A stretch of DNA of 64,000 nucleotides from an uncultured Actinomycetota bacterium. Its GTDB lineage: Bacteria; Actinomycetota; Actinomycetes; JAFAQI01. The stretch is from positions 288,001-352,000 of the forward strand of contig CAVYQE010000011.1 of assembly GCA_963770565.1 (NCBI GenBank). Reading direction: 5' to 3'. The number at the start of each line of letters is the position of its first letter. Within the stretch, counting starts at the first letter, position 1. The notes below the pieces were generated by a model. That model saw only the letters and a program-made list of their open reading frames with translations. It was not told the origin of the DNA and made no database searches. Shown piece by piece: positions 29,354-38,327 of the stretch. The translations under genes and the position numbers were made by a program.

Positions 29354-29959
29354 TCACACCTCATCTCGCTCCGCCCGGGTGCGGGTCGATCGCACAGGTC
29401 CAACATAAACCGTCCGTCTCCGATCGCAGGGACGGATCGGTGCGACTGCGGTCACGTATCCTCGGCCACCCGGTAAGTAGACGCGCACCTGCGTCACGGC
29501 GCCCGCGGGGCACGTGATACCAGGCTGAGATGAGAGGAACGAGTAGCCAGCGAACGCTTTGCGGCGAGCCGCGATCGTGACCGTGGACGTGCTGCCCGTT
29601 TGGCGATGCACAGACGACGTGCGCATCGGTTCGCCGCTGCTGGACAACAGCACGATGCGGACAAACCCGCGCAGTGAGCACGACTGGGGCGAGGTGTCTC
29701 GTATGACCAAGTACCCACCAACGCTGCCATTGGAGACCTGTCGGCTTCCGTGGCCTCTGGCACGAAGTTGCTTGGCCTGACATGGGTGGACCAGGCGCGG
29801 GGTGATTGACCGTGACGGTGACGCTGAGGGGGTTGTTGATGTTGCATTCGAATGAGTGCCGACGGCTGGCGTGCTCGATGACCCTGAGTGACAGGACGTC
29901 ACCAGCGCAATCAGCGCCAGCGCTACTAGTGGACGTGCAAGCGGCCTGACCGCTGTCAT
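29354..29959 (-). CDS. Putative lipoprotein (DUF4232-like)
   Basis: Lipobox LVTSC, S/T/P-rich linker, PCQAKQL...CSLRGF pattern. Confidence 0.55.
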   Translation of the reverse strand: MTAVRPLARPLVALALIALVTSCHSGSSSTPAVGTHSNATSTTPSASPSRSITPRLVHPCQAKQLRARGHGSRQVSNGSVGGYLVIRDTSPQSCSLRGFVRIVLLSSSGEPMRTSSVHRQTGSTSTVTIAARRKAFAGYSFLSSQPGITCPAGAVTQVRVYLPGGRGYVTAVAPIRPCDRRRTVYVGPVRSTRTRAERDEV

Positions 29960-30040
29960 GTCGCCTCCAGACTGCGTGGATGCCGGGTCTGTGTCGATCG
30001 GCACCCGGCATGGGTTATGCCGCGCCGGCCGATACCGTCA

Positions 30041-30694
30041 TCAGTCAAACTGAAGGCCCGCGAGGTCGAATGGGTCGCCGCTACTGAACTGAAGGCTGTC
30101 CGCGGCCTCACTCGTCGCGTGGAATGTCGCCGCGGCCGAGGCCGTTACGGCGCCAGCGGGCTCCAGGTATGTGCCGATGAGGGTCAGATTCGCTGGCTGA
30201 TTCGGATCACTGTTTCGGGTATAGACGCGGACCGCGGGGGTTCCCTGGGCCGTACCGACATACACGAGCAGCCAGTTGGACCCGACGGGGCCTTGCCAGG
30301 CATTGTTGACGGCGAATTGACTCGCGGCAAAGGGCCCGTCGTTCATGTCATTGTTGATACCGGACTGCAACGGGGGCGACGTTGGTACCACGACTGCGGG
30401 ACGTGGGCTTGGAGACGCTGGCTTCTGCGCTGGATCTGCTTGCCCGTTAGCGATTCCCTGATTGAGTTGGTCAATGATGGCCTGCTTGGCGGCGGGCGCG
30501 TTGATTCCAGCGGTGTATTGGAACGTTGGTGTCGGCGACGGGTCGCTATTGGAGGTGCTTGCAGCGGCGATCGCGATCCCGCCCGACACCGTGGCGCAGA
30601 CCACTACGCCGACGATCAGCAGGCTGCGGCGTGAAGGGCGCGGAAGGCTGCGACGGTGTGTGTCCGTCCTGATCTTGAGGGTCATTCTGATCAC
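30041..30694 (-). CDS. Secreted/membrane-anchored hypothetical protein
   Basis: RR plus hydrophobic segment; directly follows the 30695-31681 gene. Confidence 0.6.
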   Translation of the reverse strand: MIRMTLKIRTDTHRRSLPRPSRRSLLIVGVVVCATVSGGIAIAAASTSNSDPSPTPTFQYTAGINAPAAKQAIIDQLNQGIANGQADPAQKPASPSPRPAVVVPTSPPLQSGINNDMNDGPFAASQFAVNNAWQGPVGSNWLLVYVGTAQGTPAVRVYTRNSDPNQPANLTLIGTYLEPAGAVTASAAATFHATSEAADSLQFSSGDPFDLAGLQFD

Positions 30695-31681
30695 TCAGCT
30701 CTCGTCGTCGATCGACACGTTGTCAACGAGGTTTTGGGCGGTCGCGTCGTGCGCATTGAGCGTGTTCCACAGGTTGTCCCATGCCTGCGTGTGGGTGTAG
30801 GACGACGAGTCCAGGTCGTGCTCATTCATCGGGCCTTCGATGAAGTAGGCGCCGTGGTCACTGACGCCCCACCATGAGATCTCCTGCCACTCCTGTTGCA
30901 TGCCGTTGAAGTAGATCTCGGGTAGTGGGACAGCGTCGGGAGTACCGTAACTGACGTTGTAGATGTTCTGTTGATCCCAGCCGTTGTTGCAGTTTCCGTT
31001 GTCATGTGACGACTGAGGGCAACCGTCAGCGGACCCATAGTCAAACATCAACCCGCCAGCACTGTGAGTGTCGTAAGAGTTGGACCAGTTGATCGTGTCC
31101 GGCGCGGACGATGAACCCCCCCATGAGGGCTCCATGTCATTGCCGCCGGAGAACGACAGTTGTCCCGTGTAGCCTTGGTTACTCGCCCACGTGTTGAGAC
31201 TGTCGATCATGTTCGCCCAAGCCTCACCATCCGATGAGGTGTTAGCGCTCGCTCGGCTGTTGTTCGTGCCGACCACGATCGTATTGAACGTGGTGAAGTC
31301 TGTGACGGTGCACCCGTACCAGTTCGCTGCGTAGTCCTCGGCGAGAGCCTTGATCTGCGCCGTCGTTACGTTAACCGCCGTAATGAGAGTCGATCCGCTG
31401 CCATCTGAAAGCTGGGCGCCAAAGTCAAACAGAGACAGCCGGTAGGGGTAGTTGCCATCGAGATCGCTCGTTCCTTGGTTGCAGCCGATCGTTTCGATAT
31501 CACTCGCGCTGGTCGACGTGACGTAGAAGACGTTGTCAGCGTGATACTCGCTCTGGGTCGCCCATGCACTGGTCTGGGAGACGGAGAGGCTGACTGTAGC
31601 CGTCAGCAACACGACCATTGCACGCACCACCCCGAGCCCCCAGCGTGTGCCTGACCGGGCCGTCTTGAAGCGAGGCTTCAT
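30695..31681 (-). CDS. Secreted Asn/Asp/Trp-rich hypothetical protein
   Basis: GGAGG RBS and signal peptide; acidic/aromatic motifs FDFGAQ, GTNNS, GGNDMEPSW, DYGSADGCP and PEIY; lower GC than the core genes. Confidence 0.7.
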   Translation of the reverse strand: MKPRFKTARSGTRWGLGVVRAMVVLLTATVSLSVSQTSAWATQSEYHADNVFYVTSTSASDIETIGCNQGTSDLDGNYPYRLSLFDFGAQLSDGSGSTLITAVNVTTAQIKALAEDYAANWYGCTVTDFTTFNTIVVGTNNSRASANTSSDGEAWANMIDSLNTWASNQGYTGQLSFSGGNDMEPSWGGSSSAPDTINWSNSYDTHSAGGLMFDYGSADGCPQSSHDNGNCNNGWDQQNIYNVSYGTPDAVPLPEIYFNGMQQEWQEISWWGVSDHGAYFIEGPMNEHDLDSSSYTHTQAWDNLWNTLNAHDATAQNLVDNVSIDDES

Positions 31682-31970
31682 GGCTACACCTCCACCTGCT
31701 CACCCGCAAGACTCTTGATCTGAACTCCACCCTGCATCGCTATCGTGAGCCCAGACGTCGGGAGATGAGTAGGGTCGAAAGTCACTTCTTGCAAGGACGC
31801 ACGACCTTGTCGGAATATGACTGGTCCCGACCCAGGGGTCACCCGCCCCGGTCATTCTCTGTCGAGTTGCAGAGCGCGTTAAGACCTGCGGCCGTGCGAC
31901 CTTGCGGGTCACTTGCCGGCTACGTTGGGGCCTCTTGCTCCAGCCCCCCGATTTGTTAGGAACAGGAGAG

Positions 31971-32559
31971 TGTCGGCGGCGCTCGAAAACTGAACAGTTT
32001 CGGCGGTGAAAAGTGAGCACTCAACAATTGGGGAGTGATCACTTTGGAGGACTGGGCGCTGATCCGGAGGCTTGCTGCGGAGGGTGTGCCGAAGGCGCGG
32101 ATTGCTGATCGGTTGGGGGTCTCTCGGACGACGGTGATCAAGGCGGTGAACTCCGACGCGCCGCCGAGGTATGAACTCAAGCCGGCAGCGACGTCGTTCA
32201 CGGTGGTCGAACCAAGGGTGCGCGCGCTGCTCGATGATGTGCCAGACATGCCGGCGACGGTATTGGCTGAGCGGGTGGGGTGGACGGGGTCGATCCGGTG
32301 GTTCAGCGAGAACGTGAGACGGCTGCGCCCGGAGCACCGGCCGGTCGATCCGGCTGACCGGATCAGCTGGGCGGCTGGTGACGCTGCACAGTGCGACGTG
32401 TGGATCCCGCCGCGCAAGATCCCGCTCGAGGATGGCACCGCCCGGCTGCTGCCGGTGCTGGTGATCACGGCTGCGCACTCGAGGTTCATCACGGGCCGGA
32501 TGATCCCGACGCGCAAGACCGAGGACCTGCTGTTGGGCTCGCGGGAGCGCAACGGCTAG
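31971..32559 (+). mobile_element. istA: Truncated IS21-family element (left end plus partial istA at 32035-32559)
   Basis: Left end begins TGTCGGCGG with internal repeats AAAACTGAACA/AAAAGTGAGCA. The ORF MITLEDWALIRRL...GDAAQCDVW stops inside the DDE domain; no istB or right end. Confidence 0.85.
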
Positions 32560-32763
32560 CCGCGCGCCGAACTGTTCGACCTAGTCTCGTCGCTGCTGTA
32601 CTAACGGGCGGTCGTGGAACTGTCGAGCGGGACCCCCGGGCCACATCTGGGCCACATCTCGCGGAAAGCGGCGGGGAATCGCAGTCTCTGGCGGTCAGCG
32701 CGACCCATGATGCGGTCGAGCGCAAACCGATGGCGACCTGCGGAAACGCCTTGTAGAGGTCAG

Positions 32764-32834
32764 AGCGGGCGACGGGAATCGAACCCGCATGACCAGCTTG
32801 GAAGGCTGGGGCTCTGCCATTGAGCTACGCCCGC
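32764..32834 (-). tRNA. tRNA-Gly (TCC), CCA not encoded
   Basis: GCGGGCGTAGCTCAATGGCAGAGCCCCAGCCTTCCAAGCTGGTCATGCGGGTTCGATTCCCGTCGCCCGCT folds as a cloverleaf. Confidence 0.96.
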
Positions 32835-32875
32835 GCGGTGGATCGTCGTCAGACCCTAGGATCGCAACAACGCCG

Positions 32876-32951
32876 CGGGGCGTAGCGTAGTGGCTAGCGC
32901 GCCTGCTTTGGGAGCAGGAGATCGGGAGTTCGAGTCTCCCCGCCCCGACCA
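32876..32951 (+). tRNA. tRNA-Pro (TGG)
   Basis: CGGGGCGTAGCGTAGTGGCTAGCGCGCCTGCTTTGGGAGCAGGAGATCGGGAGTTCGAGTCTCCCCGCCCCGACCA. Confidence 0.96.
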
Positions 32952-33001
32952 GCAACCGCCCCATCACCACACGCCGCATCTACAGGAGACCGCAGGCCGC
33001 G

Positions 33002-34489
33002 ATGAAGAGCGCCGTCGAGACCCTCAGCCCGACCCGGATCAAGCTGACCGTCGAGGTTCCGTTCGCCGAGCTCGAGCCGGCCGTCGCCGCGGCCTACCGC
33101 AAGGTCGCGCAGCAGGTTCGGGTGAAGGGCTTCCGCCCGGGCAAGGTCCCGCCGCGCATCGTCGACCAGTACGTCGGCCGCGGCACTGTCCTCGACGAGG
33201 CGATGAACGAGGCCGTGCCCTCGCTCTACAGCGCCGCCGTGCGCGAGCAGGAAGTCGACATCATCGGACACCCCGAGATCGAGGTCACCCAGTTCACCGA
33301 TGGCGAGGAGCTGGTCTTCACCGCCGAGGTCGACGTCCGGCCAGAGATCGAGCTCCCCGACTACGACGGGCTGCCGGTGACGGTCGACGACGCCGAGCCG
33401 ACCGACGAGGAGATCTCCGAGCAGCTCCAGGGCCTGCGCGAGCGGTTCGCGACCCTCGCCGGCGTCGAGCGCCCGGCCGAGTCGGGTGACTATGTGGCCG
33501 TCGATCTGGCCGCGACGATCGACGGCGAGCCGATCGAGGACGCCAGCACCAACAACCTCTCGTACGAAGTCGGCAGCAACGGCTTGGTCGAGGGCCTTGA
33601 TGAGGCGATCGTCGGGCTGTCGGTGGGGGAGTCGAGGCAGTTCGCGACGCAGCTGCGCTCCGGCGAACACGGCGGGAGCGATGCCGAGGCGACCGTAACC
33701 ATTCGCGCGGTCAAGTCGAAGCAGGTCCCCGAGCTCGACGACGACTTCGCCCAGACCGCGAGCGAGTTCGACACGATCGACGAGCTGCGCGCCGACATCG
33801 GACAGCGGCTGGCCCGGGTGAAGGCACTGAGCCAGGGCATGCAGGCCCGCGACCGGATCCTCGAGGCGCTGCTGGAGAAAGTCGACGTACCGATCCCTCA
33901 GCACGTGCTCGGCGACGAGGTCTCCTACCGGATGCGTGACCTCGACGAGCAGCTCGAGGCGGCCGGCCTGACCAAGGAGATCTACGCCCAGTCCGAGGGA
34001 CGGACCCCCGAGGACATCGACCAGGAGATCGAGTCGCGGGCGGCGAGCGGGATCAAGGCCCAGTTCGTCCTCGACGCGGTGGCGCGCAAGGAGGAGCTCT
34101 CCGTCGACGAGTCGGACCTGACCGACCAGATCGTCCGCCGGGCCCGGCAGGCCGGCGTACCTGCCGATGCCTACGCCCAGCAGGTGGTCAGCGCCGGGCA
34201 GCTCCCGGCCCTGATGAACGACATCGTCCGGGGCAAGGCCCTCGCGCTGGTGATGGAGCGGGCCACGATCACGGACGCCTCCGGCCGGCCGGTCGATCTC
34301 GACGCCCTCACCGGTTCGGCCGATGATGGGGTCGGTCTCGACGCCGATGAAGGTAGTGACGGCGACGACCGCCCGGACGGCGCGGTCGACGACGAAGCGA
34401 GCATCGAGGAAGCGAGCATCGAGGAAGCGAGCGGCGACGACGCGATCGACGACGAGCCGGGCGATGCCGACCTGATCGTCGACGAGTAG
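33002..34489 (+). CDS. tig: Trigger factor
   Basis: MKSAVETLSPTR..., GFRPGKVP ribosome-binding motif; acidic tail. Confidence 0.96.
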   Translation: MKSAVETLSPTRIKLTVEVPFAELEPAVAAAYRKVAQQVRVKGFRPGKVPPRIVDQYVGRGTVLDEAMNEAVPSLYSAAVREQEVDIIGHPEIEVTQFTDGEELVFTAEVDVRPEIELPDYDGLPVTVDDAEPTDEEISEQLQGLRERFATLAGVERPAESGDYVAVDLAATIDGEPIEDASTNNLSYEVGSNGLVEGLDEAIVGLSVGESRQFATQLRSGEHGGSDAEATVTIRAVKSKQVPELDDDFAQTASEFDTIDELRADIGQRLARVKALSQGMQARDRILEALLEKVDVPIPQHVLGDEVSYRMRDLDEQLEAAGLTKEIYAQSEGRTPEDIDQEIESRAASGIKAQFVLDAVARKEELSVDESDLTDQIVRRARQAGVPADAYAQQVVSAGQLPALMNDIVRGKALALVMERATITDASGRPVDLDALTGSADDGVGLDADEGSDGDDRPDGAVDDEASIEEASIEEASGDDAIDDEPGDADLIVDE

Positions 34490-34568
34490 CGGTGAACGGC
34501 ACCACGCCCTGAGCGAACACAGGTCGCGACGGCGCCGGTTGAGCGTGAGCGGAGGCTAGTGTCGAGCC

Positions 34569-35189
34569 ATGAGTGATCCGATGCCGGGTGGTCCGGCGAT
34601 GCGGGCCGGGAGCGGCCTGAACCTCACCGACTCGGTCTTCGAGCGGCTGCTGCGCGAGCGGATCGTCTTCCTCGGCAGCCAGGTCGACGACCCGATCGCG
34701 AACCAGATCTGCGCCCAGCTCCTGCTGCTGTCGGCCGAGGATCCCGACCGCGACATCTTCCTCTATATCAACTCGCCTGGCGGCTCGGTCAGCGCCGGCA
34801 TGGCGATCTACGACACGATGCAGTTCGTCACCAACGACGTCGCAACGGTCGCGGTCGGCCTGGCGGCCAGCATGGGTCAGTTCCTGCTGTGTGCGGGCGC
34901 GAAGGACAAGCGCTACGCCACCCCGCACGCGCGGATCATGATGCACCAGCCCTCCGGCGGCATCGGCGGTACGGCGAGCGACATCGCGATCCAGGCCGAG
35001 CAGATGCTCTATACCAAGAAGGTCATGCAGGAGCGGATCGCGTTTCATACCGGGCAGACCGTCGAGCAGATCGAGCGCGACTCCGATCGGGATCGGTGGT
35101 TCACGGCGGACGAGGCCAAGGACTACGGGTTCGTCGACCAGGTGGTGGCGCGCGCTAATCAGGTGCCGAGCGAAGGCGCGGTCTCCTGA
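34569..35189 (+). CDS. clpP1: ATP-dependent Clp protease proteolytic subunit 1
   Basis: [14 protein letters not shown] and MMHQP. Confidence 0.95.
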   Translation: MSDPMPGGPAMRAGSGLNLTDSVFERLLRERIVFLGSQVDDPIANQICAQLLLLSAEDPDRDIFLYINSPGGSVSAGMAIYDTMQFVTNDVATVAVGLAASMGQFLLCAGAKDKRYATPHARIMMHQPSGGIGGTASDIAIQAEQMLYTKKVMQERIAFHTGQTVEQIERDSDRDRWFTADEAKDYGFVDQVVARANQVPSEGAVS

Positions 35190-35200
35190 CCGGCGCATGG

Positions 35201-35887
35201 ATGTCAGGAGAGACTGAGATGCCACAGCACCCGTACGGCATGGCCGGGCCCGAGATTCAGGGCCGCTACATCCTGCCGACCTTCACCGAGCGGACCAGTT
35301 ACGGCTTCAAGGAGCTCTCGCCGTACACGAAGCTGTTCGAGGAGCGGATCATCTTCCTCGGCGTGCAGATCGACGACGCCTCGGCGGACGACGTGATGGC
35401 GCAGCTGCTCTGCCTCGAGCAGATGGATCCCGACCGCGACATCTCGATCTACATCAACTCCCCGGGCGGGTCGTTCACGGCGCTGACCGCGATCTACGAC
35501 TGCATGCAGTTCATCCGGCCCGAGATCCAGACCGTCTGCCTCGGCCAGGCCGCGTCTGCCGCCGCCGTACTGCTGGCGGCCGGTACGCCGGGCAAGCGGC
35601 TCGCCCTGCCCAACTCGCGGATCCTGATCCACCAGCCCTACAGCGAGGGTGGCGGCCAGAGCAGCGACATCGAGATCCAGGCTCGCGAGATCATGCGGAT
35701 GCGGGCGCTGCTCGAGACCTTCATCTCGCGGCACTCGGGGCGCAGCATTGAGCAGGTCAAGGAAGACATCGAACGCGACAAGATCCTGACCGCGGACGAG
35801 GCGGTCGAATACGGCCTGGTCGATGAGGTCGTCCGCAGCCGCAAGCTGTCGGCCGTGCCCACCCCCAAGCCGGTCGAATCGAGCTGA
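35201..35887 (+). CDS. clpP2: ATP-dependent Clp protease proteolytic subunit 2
   Basis: [19 protein letters not shown] and ILIHQP. Confidence 0.95.
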   Translation: MSGETEMPQHPYGMAGPEIQGRYILPTFTERTSYGFKELSPYTKLFEERIIFLGVQIDDASADDVMAQLLCLEQMDPDRDISIYINSPGGSFTALTAIYDCMQFIRPEIQTVCLGQAASAAAVLLAAGTPGKRLALPNSRILIHQPYSEGGGQSSDIEIQAREIMRMRALLETFISRHSGRSIEQVKEDIERDKILTADEAVEYGLVDEVVRSRKLSAVPTPKPVESS

Positions 35888-36063
35888 TCGGCTAGCCCAT
35901 CCGGCCGATTCGAACGGCGACACGCCCGGCTGGGTACTGGCCAGTGTCGGTTTAGGGGGGACGATGTCGGTTCGGCGCGGTACCGTCGTATGTGGGCCTC
36001 GGCAGCTGCCGGGGGTCAGCATGAGCACGAGCCTTGATCGACCACGAACGCGGAGGGCATCGG

Positions 36064-37335
<1,272 letters not shown>

Positions 37336-37341
37336 CTCGGC

Positions 37342-37592
37342 TCAGGCCTCCGCTGGCTGCGTTCTCCCTCGCTTGCGTGCTTCAGCACGCGGCGCTCACT
37401 GCGGCCTTGCCAGCGGGCACCTGAGCCGCGCTCATTCGTTCGGTTAGGTCAGGTCCCGCTGGCGGCGATCTCCCTCGCTTGTGTGCTTCAGCACGCGGCG
37501 CTCAGTGCGGCCTTGCCAGCGGGCACCTGAGCCGCGCTCATTCGTTCGGTTAGGTCAGGTCCCGCTGGCGGCGATCTCCCTCGCTTGTGTGC
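37342..37592. repeat. ~106-bp structured hairpin element in tandem (about 2.4 copies), family C
   Basis: Units start at 37342, 37449 and 37555; full units read TCAGG..CCGCTGGC ... GTGCTTCAGCAC ... GCCAGCGG..CCTGA. Confidence 0.88.
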
Positions 37593-37616
37593 CGCACCGG
37601 CAACGCTGCTGACCCT

Positions 37617-37706
37617 TAGCCCCACCGATGGGCCATGCGTGTGGCTATAGCCCCACCGATGGGCCATGCGTGTGGCTATAGCCCCACCGATGGGCCATGC
37701 GTGTGG
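37617..37706. repeat. Family A: 3 tandem 31-bp units
   Basis: TAGCCCCACCGATGGGCCATGCGTGTGGCTA at 37617, 37648 and 37679 (last copy truncated). Confidence 0.92.
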
Positions 37707-37886
37707 TGAGGTTCTCATCGCGCCTAGCCGGTGATGGCGGGCGCCGGCTCAAATGAAGCCGCGGCGAGCAATCGGCCAACTCGCCCACCAGTTTGCTCAT
37801 CATCGGCGAAGGCCGCGACGGGCAATGCGGTGTCAGCGGCGTTCGGGCGCGTCGTTGTTAGGCCCGAGCCGAGCGAAGGGAGTCCG

Positions 37887-38282
37887 ATGAACTCGGACGA
37901 CAGGTGGCTGGCAAGTGTCGAGGCGGGCCATCCGCATGGTGGATTCGGCCACCGCGAGCACCTCCGACTGGCGTGGCTGGCGCTCGACCGCGAGCCGTCC
38001 GTGGACGCCGCCGCCCGCCGGGTCTCGACTGCCGTCGAGTTGCTCGCCCGCCGGCATGGGCGCCCCCAGCGCTACAACCGCACGGTCACCGATGCGTGGG
38101 TCCGGATCCTCGCCCACTGCCGCCACGCAGAGCCGGGCTCTGACTTCGATGAGGTGCTCACCCGCCGGCCCTGGCTGTTCGACAAGCAGCTGCTGCTCCG
38201 CCACTACAGTTCGCGGGTCCTGGCGAGCAAGCGAGCGCGGACCGAATGGGTCGAGCCCGACCTGGCTGATATCCCGGCGTGA
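37887..38282 (+). CDS. Conserved hypothetical protein
   Basis: GGGGAG RBS; FGHREHLRLAW, YNRTVTDAW and HYS...AR..WVEPDL motifs. Confidence 0.7.
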   Translation: MNSDDRWLASVEAGHPHGGFGHREHLRLAWLALDREPSVDAAARRVSTAVELLARRHGRPQRYNRTVTDAWVRILAHCRHAEPGSDFDEVLTRRPWLFDKQLLLRHYSSRVLASKRARTEWVEPDLADIPA

Positions 38283-38327
38283 GCTTGACGGCCGAGCGGT
38301 AGGTTCGCCGGCTCCGGTCTCACCGCG

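Larger units (their letters stand above)
22239..32807. mobile_element. Element 3: ~10.5 kb integrative mobilizable element (int, xis, regulator, MobF relaxase)
   Basis: Runs from the att copy to the intact tRNA-Gly; tandem GGGCCACA repeats at both ends (22369-22390 and 32638-32659); no T4SS or coupling-protein genes seen. Confidence 0.85.

Noticed and set aside
16402-32763. Prophage or self-transmissible ICE
   Set aside because: No structural, terminase, T4SS, coupling-protein or FtsK/TraB genes are visible; the content fits integrative mobilizable elements.
34390-34433. 15-bp tandem repeat in tig
   Set aside because: An in-frame low-complexity (EEASI)n acidic tail, which is ordinary.
37342-37592. 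CRISPR or tRNA interpretation of the 106-bp repeat
   Set aside because: The whole unit is repeated including the linker; there is no cloverleaf or variable spacer.
37617-37706. CRISPR array interpretation of the 31-bp repeats
   Set aside because: Units are head-to-tail with no unique spacers, and no cas genes are in the window.
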